Positions 9,185 through 20,100 of a stretch of DNA of 64,000 nucleotides are shown one piece after another. Below the pieces are notes generated by a model. It was given only the letters and a program-made list of their open reading frames with translations, was not told the origin of the DNA and did no database searches. The translations under genes and the position numbers were made by a program. Within the stretch, counting starts at the first letter, position 1. Each line of letters begins with the position of its first letter. This stretch comes from an uncultured Chloroflexia bacterium (lineage in GTDB: Bacteria > Chloroflexota > Limnocylindria > Limnocylindrales > CSP1-4). The stretch is taken from NCBI GenBank assembly GCA_963800275.1, contig CAWDAI010000008.1:19447-83446 (forward strand). Reading direction: 5' to 3'.

Positions 9185-9469
9185 CCCGAAGATCCCTCGC
9201 GCTACACAGGCCGGATGGCCGGCGGGAGTGCCAGACACCTCGGTCTGATTACAGCCGTACGGGGGTGGCTGGTCCACGGCCCCGAAGGTCCGCCCCCCCA
9301 TGATCCGGCCGGTGCGTCTCGGCACCTCCAGGCCGCTCGACCGTGCAGCGGGCTCGCGGCCACCATTCGCGTCGAGCACGCGCCATCCCGCGAGCACGTG
9401 TGTGAGAACATTAGGGTCCCCGGAATACGCCCGCGCCCGCTCTTGCCCGCGCTCCCGAAAGGAGCTCAG

Positions 9470-10195
9470 ATGCCTTCCCGGTCCACGTCCCCCAAGCCCA
9501 CCACCAAGTCGGCCACGGCAGTGGCCAAGCCCGCTGCCCGCTCGAAGGCAGTCGCGCTGCCGAAGGCGGCGGCCAAGGGCAGGTCGGTGGCCAGCTCGCA
9601 GAAGACCAGGGCCGCCAGCAAGCCGGTCGCGCCGGTGGTCCCCGAGCCACAGGAGCTGGTGCGGCCGCTGCTCAAGGTGCGACAGGCGCGTGAGTTCACG
9701 AGCAGGAAGGTGACGAGGGCCGAGCTCCACGCCATCACGGAGGCCGCGCGCTGGTCTGGCAGCAGCCGCAACGAGCAGTCCTGGCGTTTCATCGTGCTGC
9801 GTGACCGCACTCGCATCCGTGACATCGCCGAGCTGGGGCTGCCCCAGACTCGCGGACTCCGCACGGCCACGGCCGCGGTCGCGATCGTGTTGCCTGACGA
9901 GCCCGGCCGCGAGATCTCTCGCGCGTTCGACGACGGCCGCGCTGCGGAGCGCATGCTCATCGCCGCGCACCTGCTGGGTCTGGGTGGCGGCATCTCGTTC
10001 GTGCGGCGCGACGTCCGCGACCGCATCAACGAGGCCCTCGGTCTGCCGGCCAAGCGCTCGGTGCCCACGATCGTGGCCCTCGGTCACCCGACCGAGGACG
10101 CCCTGCAGTCGAAGTCACGACCTGGCCAGGCCCGGCTCCCTCGCGAGGAGGTCATCTTCGAGGAGCGTTGGCCGGACGAGCCTGCGCACCCATAG
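9470..10195 (+). CDS. Nitroreductase-family protein with N-terminal Lys/Ala/Pro-rich histone-like tail
   Basis: AAAGGAG RBS 6 nt upstream of ATG 9470. N-terminal 60 aa PKPTTKSATAVAKPAARSKAVALPKAAAKGRS... resemble actinobacterial HU/H1-like tails. The rest is a nitroreductase fold (RKVTRAELHAITEAARWSGSSRNEQSWRFIVL). Confidence 0.7.
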   Translation: MPSRSTSPKPTTKSATAVAKPAARSKAVALPKAAAKGRSVASSQKTRAASKPVAPVVPEPQELVRPLLKVRQAREFTSRKVTRAELHAITEAARWSGSSRNEQSWRFIVLRDRTRIRDIAELGLPQTRGLRTATAAVAIVLPDEPGREISRAFDDGRAAERMLIAAHLLGLGGGISFVRRDVRDRINEALGLPAKRSVPTIVALGHPTEDALQSKSRPGQARLPREEVIFEERWPDEPAHP

Positions 10196-10256
10196 CGGTC
10201 GCCATCCGATCCGGCCGAGCCACCCGGTCAGCGTCCCGGGATGACTCCGCGCCCGG

Positions 10257-11093
10257 TCACATCGACGGTAGCGCCCTGGCCAGGACATCGGTGATGGTCG
10301 CCGCCACCTGATCGAACTCGGGGAGCTGGTCGCCGGTCGCTTCGTCCATGTAGAGCCGCCGGTTGACCTCGATCATGACCGAGCGCACCCGGGGCTCGCG
10401 GCCGTGATAGCCCGACGGCACGAACGTGCCCGCGAAGGGTGAGTCGCGCCGGGTGCGGTAGCCGGCGGCGCTGAATCCTGCTTCGACCGCGTCGGCCAGA
10501 TCAGCGGGTGTGTGGAAGGGATCGGTGCCGATGCAGACGTCGGGCCGATCCAGTCGCTGGTCGATGTCGATGGGGGCCGGCTGGTCCGGGAACGAATGGC
10601 AATCGATGACGGTGCAGGCATCGAACTCGGCCAACAGGTTGGCCACGACCGCATCGAGCGCCGCGTGGTATGGCTCGTACAGCTCCCGCACACGCCGTGC
10701 GCGCAGCTCGGTCGAGACCGCGCGCAGCGGCTGCATCCGGGTGCCACGCCAGTACACGACGCCCATGCCGCGCGGCGCCATGGGCTCGGCCGACTCGTCG
10801 AGGAAACGTTCGGGGTCGAACACGAAGCGCGAGCGGCGGTTGACGAAGGACGTCACGCCCAGGGCGCCCAGTCCCGCGTACAGTTCGTCGGTGTAGGCGT
10901 CGTGCAGACGCAGCATCTCCTCGGCCAGCTCGGCCTCCGAGAGGAGGATCTCCCCGCGTACCTCGTCGGGGATGAAGCTCGACGAATGGGGCACGTGGGC
11001 CACCAGCGGCCGTCGGAGGCCCTGTGGGGGGACGATCTGGAACGGAGGTGGGGTCTCGGTCATGGGTGATCCCGCCAAGTGCTGCTGGCGCAT
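10257..11093 (-). CDS. N-formylglutamate amidohydrolase-family protein
   Basis: LVAHVPHSSSFIPDEVR... and the remainder are typical of the FGase/HutG-like family; 278 aa. Alternative start at MTETPP. Confidence 0.7.
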   Translation of the reverse strand: MRQQHLAGSPMTETPPPFQIVPPQGLRRPLVAHVPHSSSFIPDEVRGEILLSEAELAEEMLRLHDAYTDELYAGLGALGVTSFVNRRSRFVFDPERFLDESAEPMAPRGMGVVYWRGTRMQPLRAVSTELRARRVRELYEPYHAALDAVVANLLAEFDACTVIDCHSFPDQPAPIDIDQRLDRPDVCIGTDPFHTPADLADAVEAGFSAAGYRTRRDSPFAGTFVPSGYHGREPRVRSVMIEVNRRLYMDEATGDQLPEFDQVAATITDVLARALPSM

Positions 11094-11332
11094 GAGCCGA
11101 CTCTGACACAGTCCATCGCATGCGCTCTGTTGTCGGCTGGTGGCGTGGCGAGTGCGACCGGAACCGCAACTTCGCCGCCGACTTCGAGATCATGGACATG
11201 ATGGACGGCGACCTCGACGGGACGCTCGACTACTAGGGCTCGGCCACGCGGCGCCTGGGAACGGCTCGGGAATGGTCGCCCCTGCGTTTCGATGACCGCG
11301 CACCGACGGACGAGAATTTGTAGCCTCTGCTC

Positions 11333-12577
11333 ATGACGTTCGGGACCGTCACTCGCTGCACCCCGCTCACGGCCATGGTCGCCGCGTTGGCGCTCGTCGG
11401 CCTGTCCGCGGGCATCGTCGCTGCCCAGACCGATCCCGACCTGGTGGTCACGCTGGAGCTGCCCGACGGTTACATCGACTACGAGGTCCAGCCTGGGCCG
11501 CTCAACTTCTTCGACGAGGAGAACCAGCCGCTGGCGGTGCAGGTGATCGATGGTTGCGCCGTGAACGACCACTACTGGCTCTTCGGCGCGGGGCTCTCAG
11601 GCGTCTCCCTCCAGCTCAACGTGCTCGACCGGAACACCGGCAAGTCGGCTCGGCCGCTGCTACCACCGTTCGAGCCCGGGAAGCCCATCGGCACGATCTT
11701 CGATCCGGAGGCGCTGCCGATCTGTGGCAGTGATGTCCAGGTGGGCGGGCTGCCGCAGCTGGATGCCCAGGCGACCTATACCTCGGCCGATGCGGACACG
11801 CCCAACTTCTCCACGAGCCTGCGGCTGCTCTCCGATGGTGCGGAACGGAGCTATCGCCGCCTCCAGCAGGGCGTTGACGCGTACACCATCCTGACTCGCG
11901 GCTCGCCCGTCGCGGCGGTCGACGAGCGGGACGACCTCGACCGCATCTTCCTGTTCGTCGAGGGCCGCGTGCCGCGGTCGGTGCAGGGCGTCGTCTTCAG
12001 CGGACCCGAGGGCATGCTCCCGGCGCGGGCCGACCTGGCCAAGGCACTCACATCGCTGCGCAAGGCGCGCGTCCGCCGGGCCGCCGAGCTGGCCCAGAAC
12101 GGCCGCCGGCCTAACGCGCTCATCGACAGCCTGGGCCTGCGCAAGGTGGAGCGGGTGCACAACGTGGACCTCGACTTCGAGACGCTCGGCGCCGATGCCT
12201 ACCTCGCCATCGCCGGCTGGATCCGCGAGGGCGGCAAGCCGATCGAGCCGCCTGCGCTGGTCGACCAGCGCTTCATCGTGGAGCTGGTCCACGTCGACGG
12301 GACGCGCGAGGAGCTGCCGCTGACGGGTCCATTCGTCGGCTCGCCCGAGGCCGGCTCGACCTGGGAATACGGTACGACCGATGCTCGCGTGCAGGTGCGG
12401 GACGAGTGTCGGCTGAGTGGGACCTTCTGGGATTGGGCCGCGGCGCGCGTCACGGAGCCGGTCGAGCTGGCCATCACCGATACGCAGACAGGCACCACCA
12501 CGTCGCAACTCTTGTGGACCGATCTGTACGATCTCTCGCGAGCAGCGAGCACGTCCACCATCGACAGCTGCCCCTAG
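11333..12577 (+). CDS. Secreted hypothetical protein
   Basis: Signal peptide MTFGTVTRCTPLTAMVAALALVGLSAGIVAAQ; 414 aa; no recognisable catalytic motif. Confidence 0.6.
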   Translation: MTFGTVTRCTPLTAMVAALALVGLSAGIVAAQTDPDLVVTLELPDGYIDYEVQPGPLNFFDEENQPLAVQVIDGCAVNDHYWLFGAGLSGVSLQLNVLDRNTGKSARPLLPPFEPGKPIGTIFDPEALPICGSDVQVGGLPQLDAQATYTSADADTPNFSTSLRLLSDGAERSYRRLQQGVDAYTILTRGSPVAAVDERDDLDRIFLFVEGRVPRSVQGVVFSGPEGMLPARADLAKALTSLRKARVRRAAELAQNGRRPNALIDSLGLRKVERVHNVDLDFETLGADAYLAIAGWIREGGKPIEPPALVDQRFIVELVHVDGTREELPLTGPFVGSPEAGSTWEYGTTDARVQVRDECRLSGTFWDWAAARVTEPVELAITDTQTGTTTSQLLWTDLYDLSRAASTSTIDSCP

Positions 12578-12655
12578 CGTCGTGTGCCGAGTGAGGGGTC
12601 CCGAGTGGCCCGTTCGGTGGGGTGCGCTCAGGAGCAGCCTGAGTATCCTTGCCCC

Positions 12656-13543
12656 ATGAGCAAGGCCAAGTGGTGGGTCTGTGGGAACTGTCACAGCCTC
12701 AACGATCTGCCCGCGAACAAGTGCTACAAGTGTCGTGGGCCCAAGCCCGCGGACGCTCGCGTGATCGACGATCAGTACGCCGATGTCCGCAACGAGAAGC
12801 GCGTGGGCATCACGGTCGACCTATCCCAGCTCGGCGACCTCACCCGTCCTGATCCGCGGGAGACGTCGAAGTCGGCCGGCATCATCGAGGCGTTCACGCC
12901 TGCCGGCCAGGGTGACGCAGCCCGGGCCGGTGCGCCCGAGCGGGAGCTGTACGACCCCTACGGACGCGAACCAGGACCGGCACCCGCACCCACCGCACCG
13001 GTCTCGCCTCCCGCCGGGACGGCCCTGCGGCCGATGCGCGAACCGGTCCGCCGCAGCATCGAGGCGCTGGGCGCCAGGCGCCCCTGGACGGCCGGGCCGG
13101 ACGAGATGACCGCGGCCGTGAGCGATGCCACCGCCGGACAGGCGCCGCCCCCGCCCGCGCTCGATGCGGCATCACCGAGCCCTCCAGCCCTCCCGCCTCC
13201 GCCACCACCGGTTATGCCCGCTTCACCTCCGGCCGGAGCCACCCCCGTGCCACCGCCGGCGAACGCGCCACCCCACGCAAGCGGGCCTCCCCGGGTGGCA
13301 CCACCCCCGCCTCCCCCGGGCTACGGCGCGCCCCCTGGCTACGGACCGCCCCCTGGCTACGGACCGCCCCCTGGCGCTGCGATGCCACCGCGTCCGCCCG
13401 TGCCACCCGGACCCGCATCGCGGCCCGGCATGCCTCCACCGCCTGCGGGGATCGCCGGACCGCCGATCGCGCCACCGGGAGGACCGCCGCCAGGCAGGCC
13501 AGGACCACCGCCGCAGCGGCAGGAACCTCCATCTGAGGACTGA
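12656..13543 (+). CDS. Zinc-ribbon protein with long Pro-rich low-complexity C-terminal region
   Basis: MSKAKWWVCGNCHSLNDLPANKCYKCRGPKP is a RanBP2-type/zinc-ribbon CxxC...CxxC motif. It is followed by 200 aa of P/G/A-rich sequence including PPGYG x3 (18-nt repeat at 13334-13375). Confidence 0.5.
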   Translation: MSKAKWWVCGNCHSLNDLPANKCYKCRGPKPADARVIDDQYADVRNEKRVGITVDLSQLGDLTRPDPRETSKSAGIIEAFTPAGQGDAARAGAPERELYDPYGREPGPAPAPTAPVSPPAGTALRPMREPVRRSIEALGARRPWTAGPDEMTAAVSDATAGQAPPPPALDAASPSPPALPPPPPPVMPASPPAGATPVPPPANAPPHASGPPRVAPPPPPPGYGAPPGYGPPPGYGPPPGAAMPPRPPVPPGPASRPGMPPPPAGIAGPPIAPPGGPPPGRPGPPPQRQEPPSED

Positions 13544-13594
13544 CACCGTGGCGCTGGTTCGGAATCACCAGTGGCGTACTAGTCATTACTCATC

Positions 13595-16500
13595 GTGTTC
13601 CGCTACGCTGCGAGTGCCAATCGGGTAGCGGGGAGGCCGGTCATCGTCAGCTGTGGGACTTGCGCTGCGGACAACGCGGCTGGACGACGTTTCTGCGATC
13701 AGTGCGGCGCCAGTCTCATCGACGCATGCCCGAGCTGCGGGGCACAGAACCGAGCGGAGGCGCGATTCTGCGGCGACTGCGGCCAGGCCCTCGGCAACGG
13801 TCTCGATGCCGCAGCGCAGCGCGCGGGATCGTCCGCTGCCGTACCGATCCGCAGCCAGCCTGCCGCGGAGCGTCGTCTGGTCTCGGTGCTCTTCGCCGAT
13901 CTTGTCGCCTTCACCAAGTACTCCGAGGGGCGAGACCCGGAGCTCGTGCGCGAGACGCTGACCCGCTACTTCGAGTCCACGCGCACCGTGATCGAGCGTC
14001 ACGGCGGGCAGGTGGAGAAGTTCATCGGCGACGCTGTGATGGCGGCCTGGGGTGCACAGCGCGCGAACGAGGATGACGCCGAGCGCGCGGTGCGGGCCGC
14101 GCTGGAGGTGGTGAACGCCGTACGCGAGCTGGACGAGGGGCTGCGCGCTCGCGTGGGCGTCCTGACCGGCCAGGCCGCCGTGACCCTCGGCGCCACCGAC
14201 CAGGGCATGGTCGCGGGCGACCTGGTCAACACCGCCGCCCGCCTGCAGGCCGTGGCGCCGCCCGACACCGTGCTGGTGGGGGAAGCCACGATGCAGGCCG
14301 CGACAGGCGCCATCGCCTTCGAGCCGGCCGGCGAACAGGTGCTGAAAGGCAAGTCCGCCCCCGTGCCGGCGTGGCGCGCCCTGCGTGTCGTGGCCGATAA
14401 GGGCGGGCGTGGCCGAGGGGAGGGCCTTGAGCCGCCATTCGTAGGGCGCGAGATCGAGCTGCGCCTGCTGAAGGACGTGGTCAACGCCGCGAGCACCGAA
14501 CAGCGCCCGCGACTCGTCTCCATCACCGGGCCGGCGGGTATCGGCAAGAGTCGCCTGGCGTGGGAGTTCGAGAAGTACGTCGATGGCCTCGTCGAGCGGA
14601 TCTACTGGCACCGCGGACGCTCGCCCAGCTACGGCGAGGGCATCGCCTTCTGGGCCCTGGGTGAGATGGTCCGCCGTCGTGCCGGTCTGGCCGAGGGTGA
14701 CGACGAGGCCACGACACGTGAGCGGATCCACGCGGCCGTGTCCGAGTTCATCGCTGCCGGCGAGGCTGAGTGGATCGAGCGCTCCCTGCTCGTGCTGCTG
14801 GGCCTGGAGGCACCGCCGGACGGCGGGCGCGAGACGCTCTTCGCGGGCTGGCGTACCTTCTTCGAGCGCATCGCGGCCCGACAGACCACCGTGCTCGTGT
14901 TCGAGGACCTGCAATGGGCCGACGATGGCCTGCTCGACTTCATCGACCACCTGCTCGAGTGGTCCCGCGACGTGCCCATCCTCGTCGTCGGCCTGGCCCG
15001 GCCAGAGCTGCTCGATGAGCGACCCGGATGGGGCACGGGCAAGCGTTCGTTCAACGCCATCGGCTTGGAACCCCTGACCGACGACCAGATGCGCGATCTG
15101 CTGCGAGGGCTCGTGCCCACGATGCCCGACGACGCCGTGGCCCAGGTCGTGGCGCGCGCGGACGGGATCCCGCTCTACGCCGTCGAGATGGTGCGCATGC
15201 TCATCGCCGACGGCTCGCTCGTCGCTGGGCTCGACGGCACGTACGCGGCGACCAGGGAGCTGGGCACGCTGGCGCTGCCCGACACGCTGCGCGCGCTCGT
15301 GGCCTCGCGCCTCGACGCGCTGGATGCCACCGACCGGGCCCTGCTCCAGGACGCCACCATCCTGGGCCAGACCTTCGACCACCGCGCCCTCGCACGCATC
15401 ACGGACCGCGACGAGGACGAGGTGGAGGCCCGGCTTCGAGCACTCATGCAGCGCGAGCTGGTGGAGATCTCCGTCGACCCGCGTTCACCCGACCGGGGCC
15501 AGTATGGCTTCGTGCAGGCGGTCATCCGCGAGGTCGCCTACGAGACCCTCTCGCGCCGGGACCGTCGAGCCCGTCATCTCGCCACCGCGCGGTACTACGA
15601 GGCCGCCGGTGATGAGGAGCTGGCGGGAGTCCTGGCTGCCCACTACCTCGGCGCCTACAAGGCCTCTGACCCGGGACCCGAGGCGGACGCCCTCGGCGCG
15701 CAGGCGCGCCGCGCGCTCGTGTCGGCGGCCGCTCGCGCCCTCACGCTCGGTTCACCGGCGCAGGCCCTCGGCCACCTCGAGTCCGCGCTCGAGACCACCG
15801 ACGATCCCCTCGAGCAAGCTGGTCTCCTGGCTCGCGCTTCCACCGCCGCGTCGGTAGCGGGACGCAAGGACCTGGCCATCGATCAGGCCTCCCGTGCGGC
15901 AGCGATCTTCGATGAGGCGGGGCAGGACCGCTCCGCGCTCGAGGCGCTGGCGCTGAAGGGAGGGTTCCAGACGGACGCCGGTTACGACGAAGACGCGCGC
16001 GAGCTGCTCATCGAGGCCGCCGCGAGGGCGTCCGCGCCGGAGGACGCGGATGTGCGGGCCGATCTGCTGGCTCGCCTCAGTCGCGTACACATGCGGCTGC
16101 AAGAGGAGCCGGAGGCGATCGCTGCGGCTGACCAGGCGCTCGCCCTGGCCGAGCCCCTGGGTCTGGACCGGGTCACGGCCGAGGCACTCATCAACAAGTC
16201 CGGCACGCTGAGCCAGATGCGTCGCATCCGCGAGCCGGCCATCCTGATGCAGGGAGCCGTGGACCTGGCCACGGAGGTCGGCGACATCGAGTTGCAGATG
16301 CGCGCTCGGGCGAACCTCTCCGCGACATACAGCCACCAGGACCTCGACCTGGCCATCGCGGCCTCGGTCGAGGCCCTCGAGATCGCCCGGCGCCTGGGGA
16401 CGAGTGGGTACGTCGAGTGGCTCGTGGGTGGACTCGTGCTCTTCGAGTTCGCTCGCGGACACGACTGGGACGCAGCCATCGAACTGCTCGACCGCGCCAT

Positions 16501-17188
16501 CGACGACACCGACGCCGACGCCGACTACATGCGCTACCTGTTCCTGGGCGTCCGACAGCAGTACCTGACCATGCGTGGGCAGGAGACTGGCGGCACCGTC
16601 GAAGCCATGCGTGGGATCCTCGCGTCCGCGGACTTCGTGCCCTTCCAGCGCTTCGATCACATGTCGGCCTACGAGACGTTGCTTGCCGGTCGCCCGGAGA
16701 CCGCGGTCCGTGAGTTCCAGGCGACGTACGGGGTGATGGCCCGCGCGATCGGCGAGGCGCTCGCCGGCGGCAGCATCGCAGCCGCGTATGCGCGCGACGT
16801 CGTGGCGGCCCGCGATGCCTCCAAGCGGCTGCAGGAGTGGGAGGAGGGCGGTCGTGGCGGCGATGCGATCCGTGAGCTCGGTCGCGCCGTCGTCCATGCG
16901 CTCGAAGGGCGCGAGGAGTCGGCTACGGCTTCGTTCGTGCGGGCGGTCGAACGAATGCGAGCTGGGAAGAACCACTTCTGGGTGGCGGTCCTGCAAGCGG
17001 TCGCGCTCGAGCTCCAGCCGGCACGGTCCAGCACCGATGGCTGGGAAGAGGAGGCCCGGGCGCGCTTCGAGCTGCTGGCTGCCGAACCCTGGCTGCGGCT
17101 CCTCGACGCATCGGTGGCGCGCGGGCACGGGCGCGATGCCGAGCCATCGGGTCCAGCGTCGGCCAGTCTCGTCGGGGGTGGAGCATGA
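13595..17188 (+). CDS. Double zinc-ribbon / class III adenylate-guanylate cyclase / P-loop NTPase (STAND/AAA-like) / TPR-repeat protein, copy 1
   Basis: Zinc ribbons: CGTCAADN...CDQCG...CPSCG...CGDCG. Cyclase catalytic motifs: LVSVLFADLVAFT, FIGDAVMAAWG, GDLVNTAARLQ. P-loop GPAGIGKSRLAWEF, Walker B LVFEDLQWAD, then about 500 aa of TPR-like helical repeats. No C-terminal HTH. 1197 aa. Confidence 0.9.
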   Translation: MFRYAASANRVAGRPVIVSCGTCAADNAAGRRFCDQCGASLIDACPSCGAQNRAEARFCGDCGQALGNGLDAAAQRAGSSAAVPIRSQPAAERRLVSVLFADLVAFTKYSEGRDPELVRETLTRYFESTRTVIERHGGQVEKFIGDAVMAAWGAQRANEDDAERAVRAALEVVNAVRELDEGLRARVGVLTGQAAVTLGATDQGMVAGDLVNTAARLQAVAPPDTVLVGEATMQAATGAIAFEPAGEQVLKGKSAPVPAWRALRVVADKGGRGRGEGLEPPFVGREIELRLLKDVVNAASTEQRPRLVSITGPAGIGKSRLAWEFEKYVDGLVERIYWHRGRSPSYGEGIAFWALGEMVRRRAGLAEGDDEATTRERIHAAVSEFIAAGEAEWIERSLLVLLGLEAPPDGGRETLFAGWRTFFERIAARQTTVLVFEDLQWADDGLLDFIDHLLEWSRDVPILVVGLARPELLDERPGWGTGKRSFNAIGLEPLTDDQMRDLLRGLVPTMPDDAVAQVVARADGIPLYAVEMVRMLIADGSLVAGLDGTYAATRELGTLALPDTLRALVASRLDALDATDRALLQDATILGQTFDHRALARITDRDEDEVEARLRALMQRELVEISVDPRSPDRGQYGFVQAVIREVAYETLSRRDRRARHLATARYYEAAGDEELAGVLAAHYLGAYKASDPGPEADALGAQARRALVSAAARALTLGSPAQALGHLESALETTDDPLEQAGLLARASTAASVAGRKDLAIDQASRAAAIFDEAGQDRSALEALALKGGFQTDAGYDEDARELLIEAAARASAPEDADVRADLLARLSRVHMRLQEEPEAIAAADQALALAEPLGLDRVTAEALINKSGTLSQMRRIREPAILMQGAVDLATEVGDIELQMRARANLSATYSHQDLDLAIAASVEALEIARRLGTSGYVEWLVGGLVLFEFARGHDWDAAIELLDRAIDDTDADADYMRYLFLGVRQQYLTMRGQETGGTVEAMRGILASADFVPFQRFDHMSAYETLLAGRPETAVREFQATYGVMARAIGEALAGGSIAAAYARDVVAARDASKRLQEWEEGGRGGDAIRELGRAVVHALEGREESATASFVRAVERMRAGKNHFWVAVLQAVALELQPARSSTDGWEEEARARFELLAAEPWLRLLDASVARGHGRDAEPSGPASASLVGGGA

Positions 17189-20100
17189 GCGTCTTCTGCA
17201 CCAGCTGTGGCCAGGCCAATGGCGACGGCGCTGCCTTCTGCGACAGCTGCGGCAGCACGCTCAACTCGGGCTGTCCCGAGTGTGGTGCCGAGAACCGGCC
17301 CGAGGCGCGCTTCTGCCGTAGCTGCGGTACGCACCTGGCTGACGCGGATGTGCCGACGCCGGCGCCGGCTCCGGCCGGGACACGAACCTTGCCCGCATCG
17401 GCCGATGGCGGCACCGCGGAGCGCCGCCTGGTGTCGGTGCTCTTCGCCGACCTCGTGTCCTTCACCAGCTATTCCGAAGGCCGCGATCCCGAGCTCGTAC
17501 GTGAGACGCTGACCCGCTACTTCGAGGCCACGCGACACGCCATCGAGCATCACGGCGGCCGGGTGGAGAAGTTCATCGGCGATGCGGTGATGGCGGCGTG
17601 GGGCGCCCCCAGGGCCAACGAGGACGACGCCGAACGGGCGGTGCGCGCCGCCCTCGAGGTGGTCGAGGCGGTCCGCAACCTCAACGAGGGGCTGGAAGCC
17701 CGCGTGGGCGTGCTCACCGGCCACGCCGCGGTCACCGTGGGTGCGACCGACCAGGGCATGGTCGCGGGCGACATGGTCAACACGGCCGCGCGCCTGCAGG
17801 CAGCAGCTCCCCCCAGCACCGTGCTGGTAGGGGAGGCCACGATGCAGGCGGCGTCCGGCGCCATCGCCTTCGAGGAGGCCGGCGAGCAGGTCCTCCGCGG
17901 CAAGACGGCCCCGGTCCCGGCCTGGCGCGCCCTGCGCGTCATCGGTGATCGCGGTGGGCGCAGCCGCGGCGAGGGCCTGGAGCCCCCGTTCGTCGGCCGC
18001 GAGCTGGAGCTGCGCCTGCTCAAGGACCTGGTCCACGCGGTCGATGAGGACCGGCGTCCGCGACTCGTCTCCATCACCGGACCCGCCGGCATCGGCAAGA
18101 GCCGCCTGGCGTGGGAGTTCGAGAAGTACCTCGACGGCCTGGTCGACGGCGTCTATTGGCACCGCGGCCGTGCCCCCAGCTATGGCGACGGGGTCACCTT
18201 CTGGGCGCTCGGCGAGATGGTCCGCAAGCGGGCCGGGCTACTCGAGTCGGACGACGAGAACACCACGCGCGAACGGGTTCGCGCGACCGTCGAGGAGTGG
18301 GTGCCCGACCAGAAGGACCGGGCCTGGGTGGAGCCGGCGCTGCTGACCCTGCTCGGCCTCGAGCCACCACCGGCCGGCGGCCGCGACGTGCTCTTCGCGG
18401 CCTGGCGGATCTTCTTCGAGCGCGTGGCTGCGCATGGCACGACGATCCTGCTGTTCGAGGACCTGCAGTGGGCCGACAGCGGGCAGCTCGACTTCATCGA
18501 TCACCTCATGGAGTGGGCCCGTGACGTCCCCTTGCTGGTGGTGACCCTTGCCCGCCCCGAGCTGCTCGAGCGCCGGCCCGGCTGGGGCACCACGGCTCGT
18601 GCCTTCAATGCGGTCGGACTGGAGCCGCTCACGCCGGCCAATATGCGTGAGCTCCTGCTGGGCCTCGTCCCTGGCCTGCCCGCGGACGCGGTCTCGACGG
18701 TCCTCGAGCGAGCCGATGGCATCCCCCTCTACGCGGTGGAGACGGTCCGCATGCTGGTGGCCGACGGCCGCCTGCTGGCTGACGGCGACGGCACCTTCCG
18801 CCCGGCCGGCGAGCTCGGTGAGCTGGCCATGCCCGATTCTCTGCGGGCGCTGATCGCCTCTCGCCTCGACGCGCTTGACGATGCCGATCGCACCCTCCTG
18901 CAGGACGCGGCGGTGCTGGGCAAGACCTTCACGCCGGACGCGATCGCAGCCATCTACGGCCAGGACGAGGCGGAGATCGCATCGCGCTTGCGGGCACTCT
19001 CGCGCCGAGAGCTGCTGGAGATCGCGGTCGATCCCGCCTCACCCGAGCGGGGCCAGTTCGGGTTCGTCCAGTCAGTCGTCCGCGAGGTCGCTTACGAGAC
19101 CCTGTCCCGGCGTGATCGACGGACTCGACATCTGGCCGCGGCGCGCTACTTCGAGGGCCTGGGGGATGAGGAGCTGGCGGGCGTGCTCTCGACGCACTAC
19201 ATGGCCGCGTACGAGGCCTCGGAACCCGGTCCGGAGGCGGATGCGCTGCGCATCCAGGCGCGCCTGGCCCTGCAGGGGGCAGCCGAGCGTGCGATGGACC
19301 TGGGTGCCTACGACCAGGCTCGCCTGAGCTTGCAGCGGGCCCTCTCGATCACCGAGGACGCCGCGGAGCGAGCATCGCTCCTCGAACGCGCCGCCGCCGC
19401 CGCCGACATCGAGGGGGCATACGAAGAGGCCGAGCGGCTCGGCCGGGAGGCGCTCGCTGCCTACGAGTCCATCGACGACCATACCGGCGCGGCCCGGACC
19501 TCGGCCAGGCTGGGCATGATCCTGCTCAACGCCTCGCGGCTGACCGAGACCGTCGAGCTGCTGGAATCAGCGCTGGCCAAGGCCGATCGGCCGGAGGACG
19601 CGAAGCCGCGGGCCGAGATCCTGGCGAGCCTCTCTCGCGCCCACATGCGGCTGCTCCAGACGGAGCAGGCCCTGGCTCGGGCCGACGAGGCGCTGGCCAT
19701 CGCCGAGCCCCTGCGCCTGCGGCACACCATCGGCGAGGCCTTCATCAACAAGGCCGGCGCCCTATCGCAGTCGGGTCGGCTGGTGGAGCCGATCGTCTTG
19801 ATGTCAGCAGCCGTCGACCTGGCCCACGAGCAGGGTGACATGGCCCTCGAGCTGCGTGCGCGCAACAACCTTGCCGCCACCCAGGGCACGGAGGACGGCG
19901 ACGCCGCCATGCGGGTCAGCCGCGAAGCCTACGCGCTGGCCACGCGCCTGGGCATCCGACAGATGTCGACCTGGCTGGCTGGTGCCATCGCCCAGGGAGC
20001 GCTCTACGAGGGGCTCGACTGGGATACGGCGCTGCGCCAGGTGGATACCGAGATCGACGGCAGCATGTCCGACGCCGACCGGGTGCGACTGCTCTCGCTG

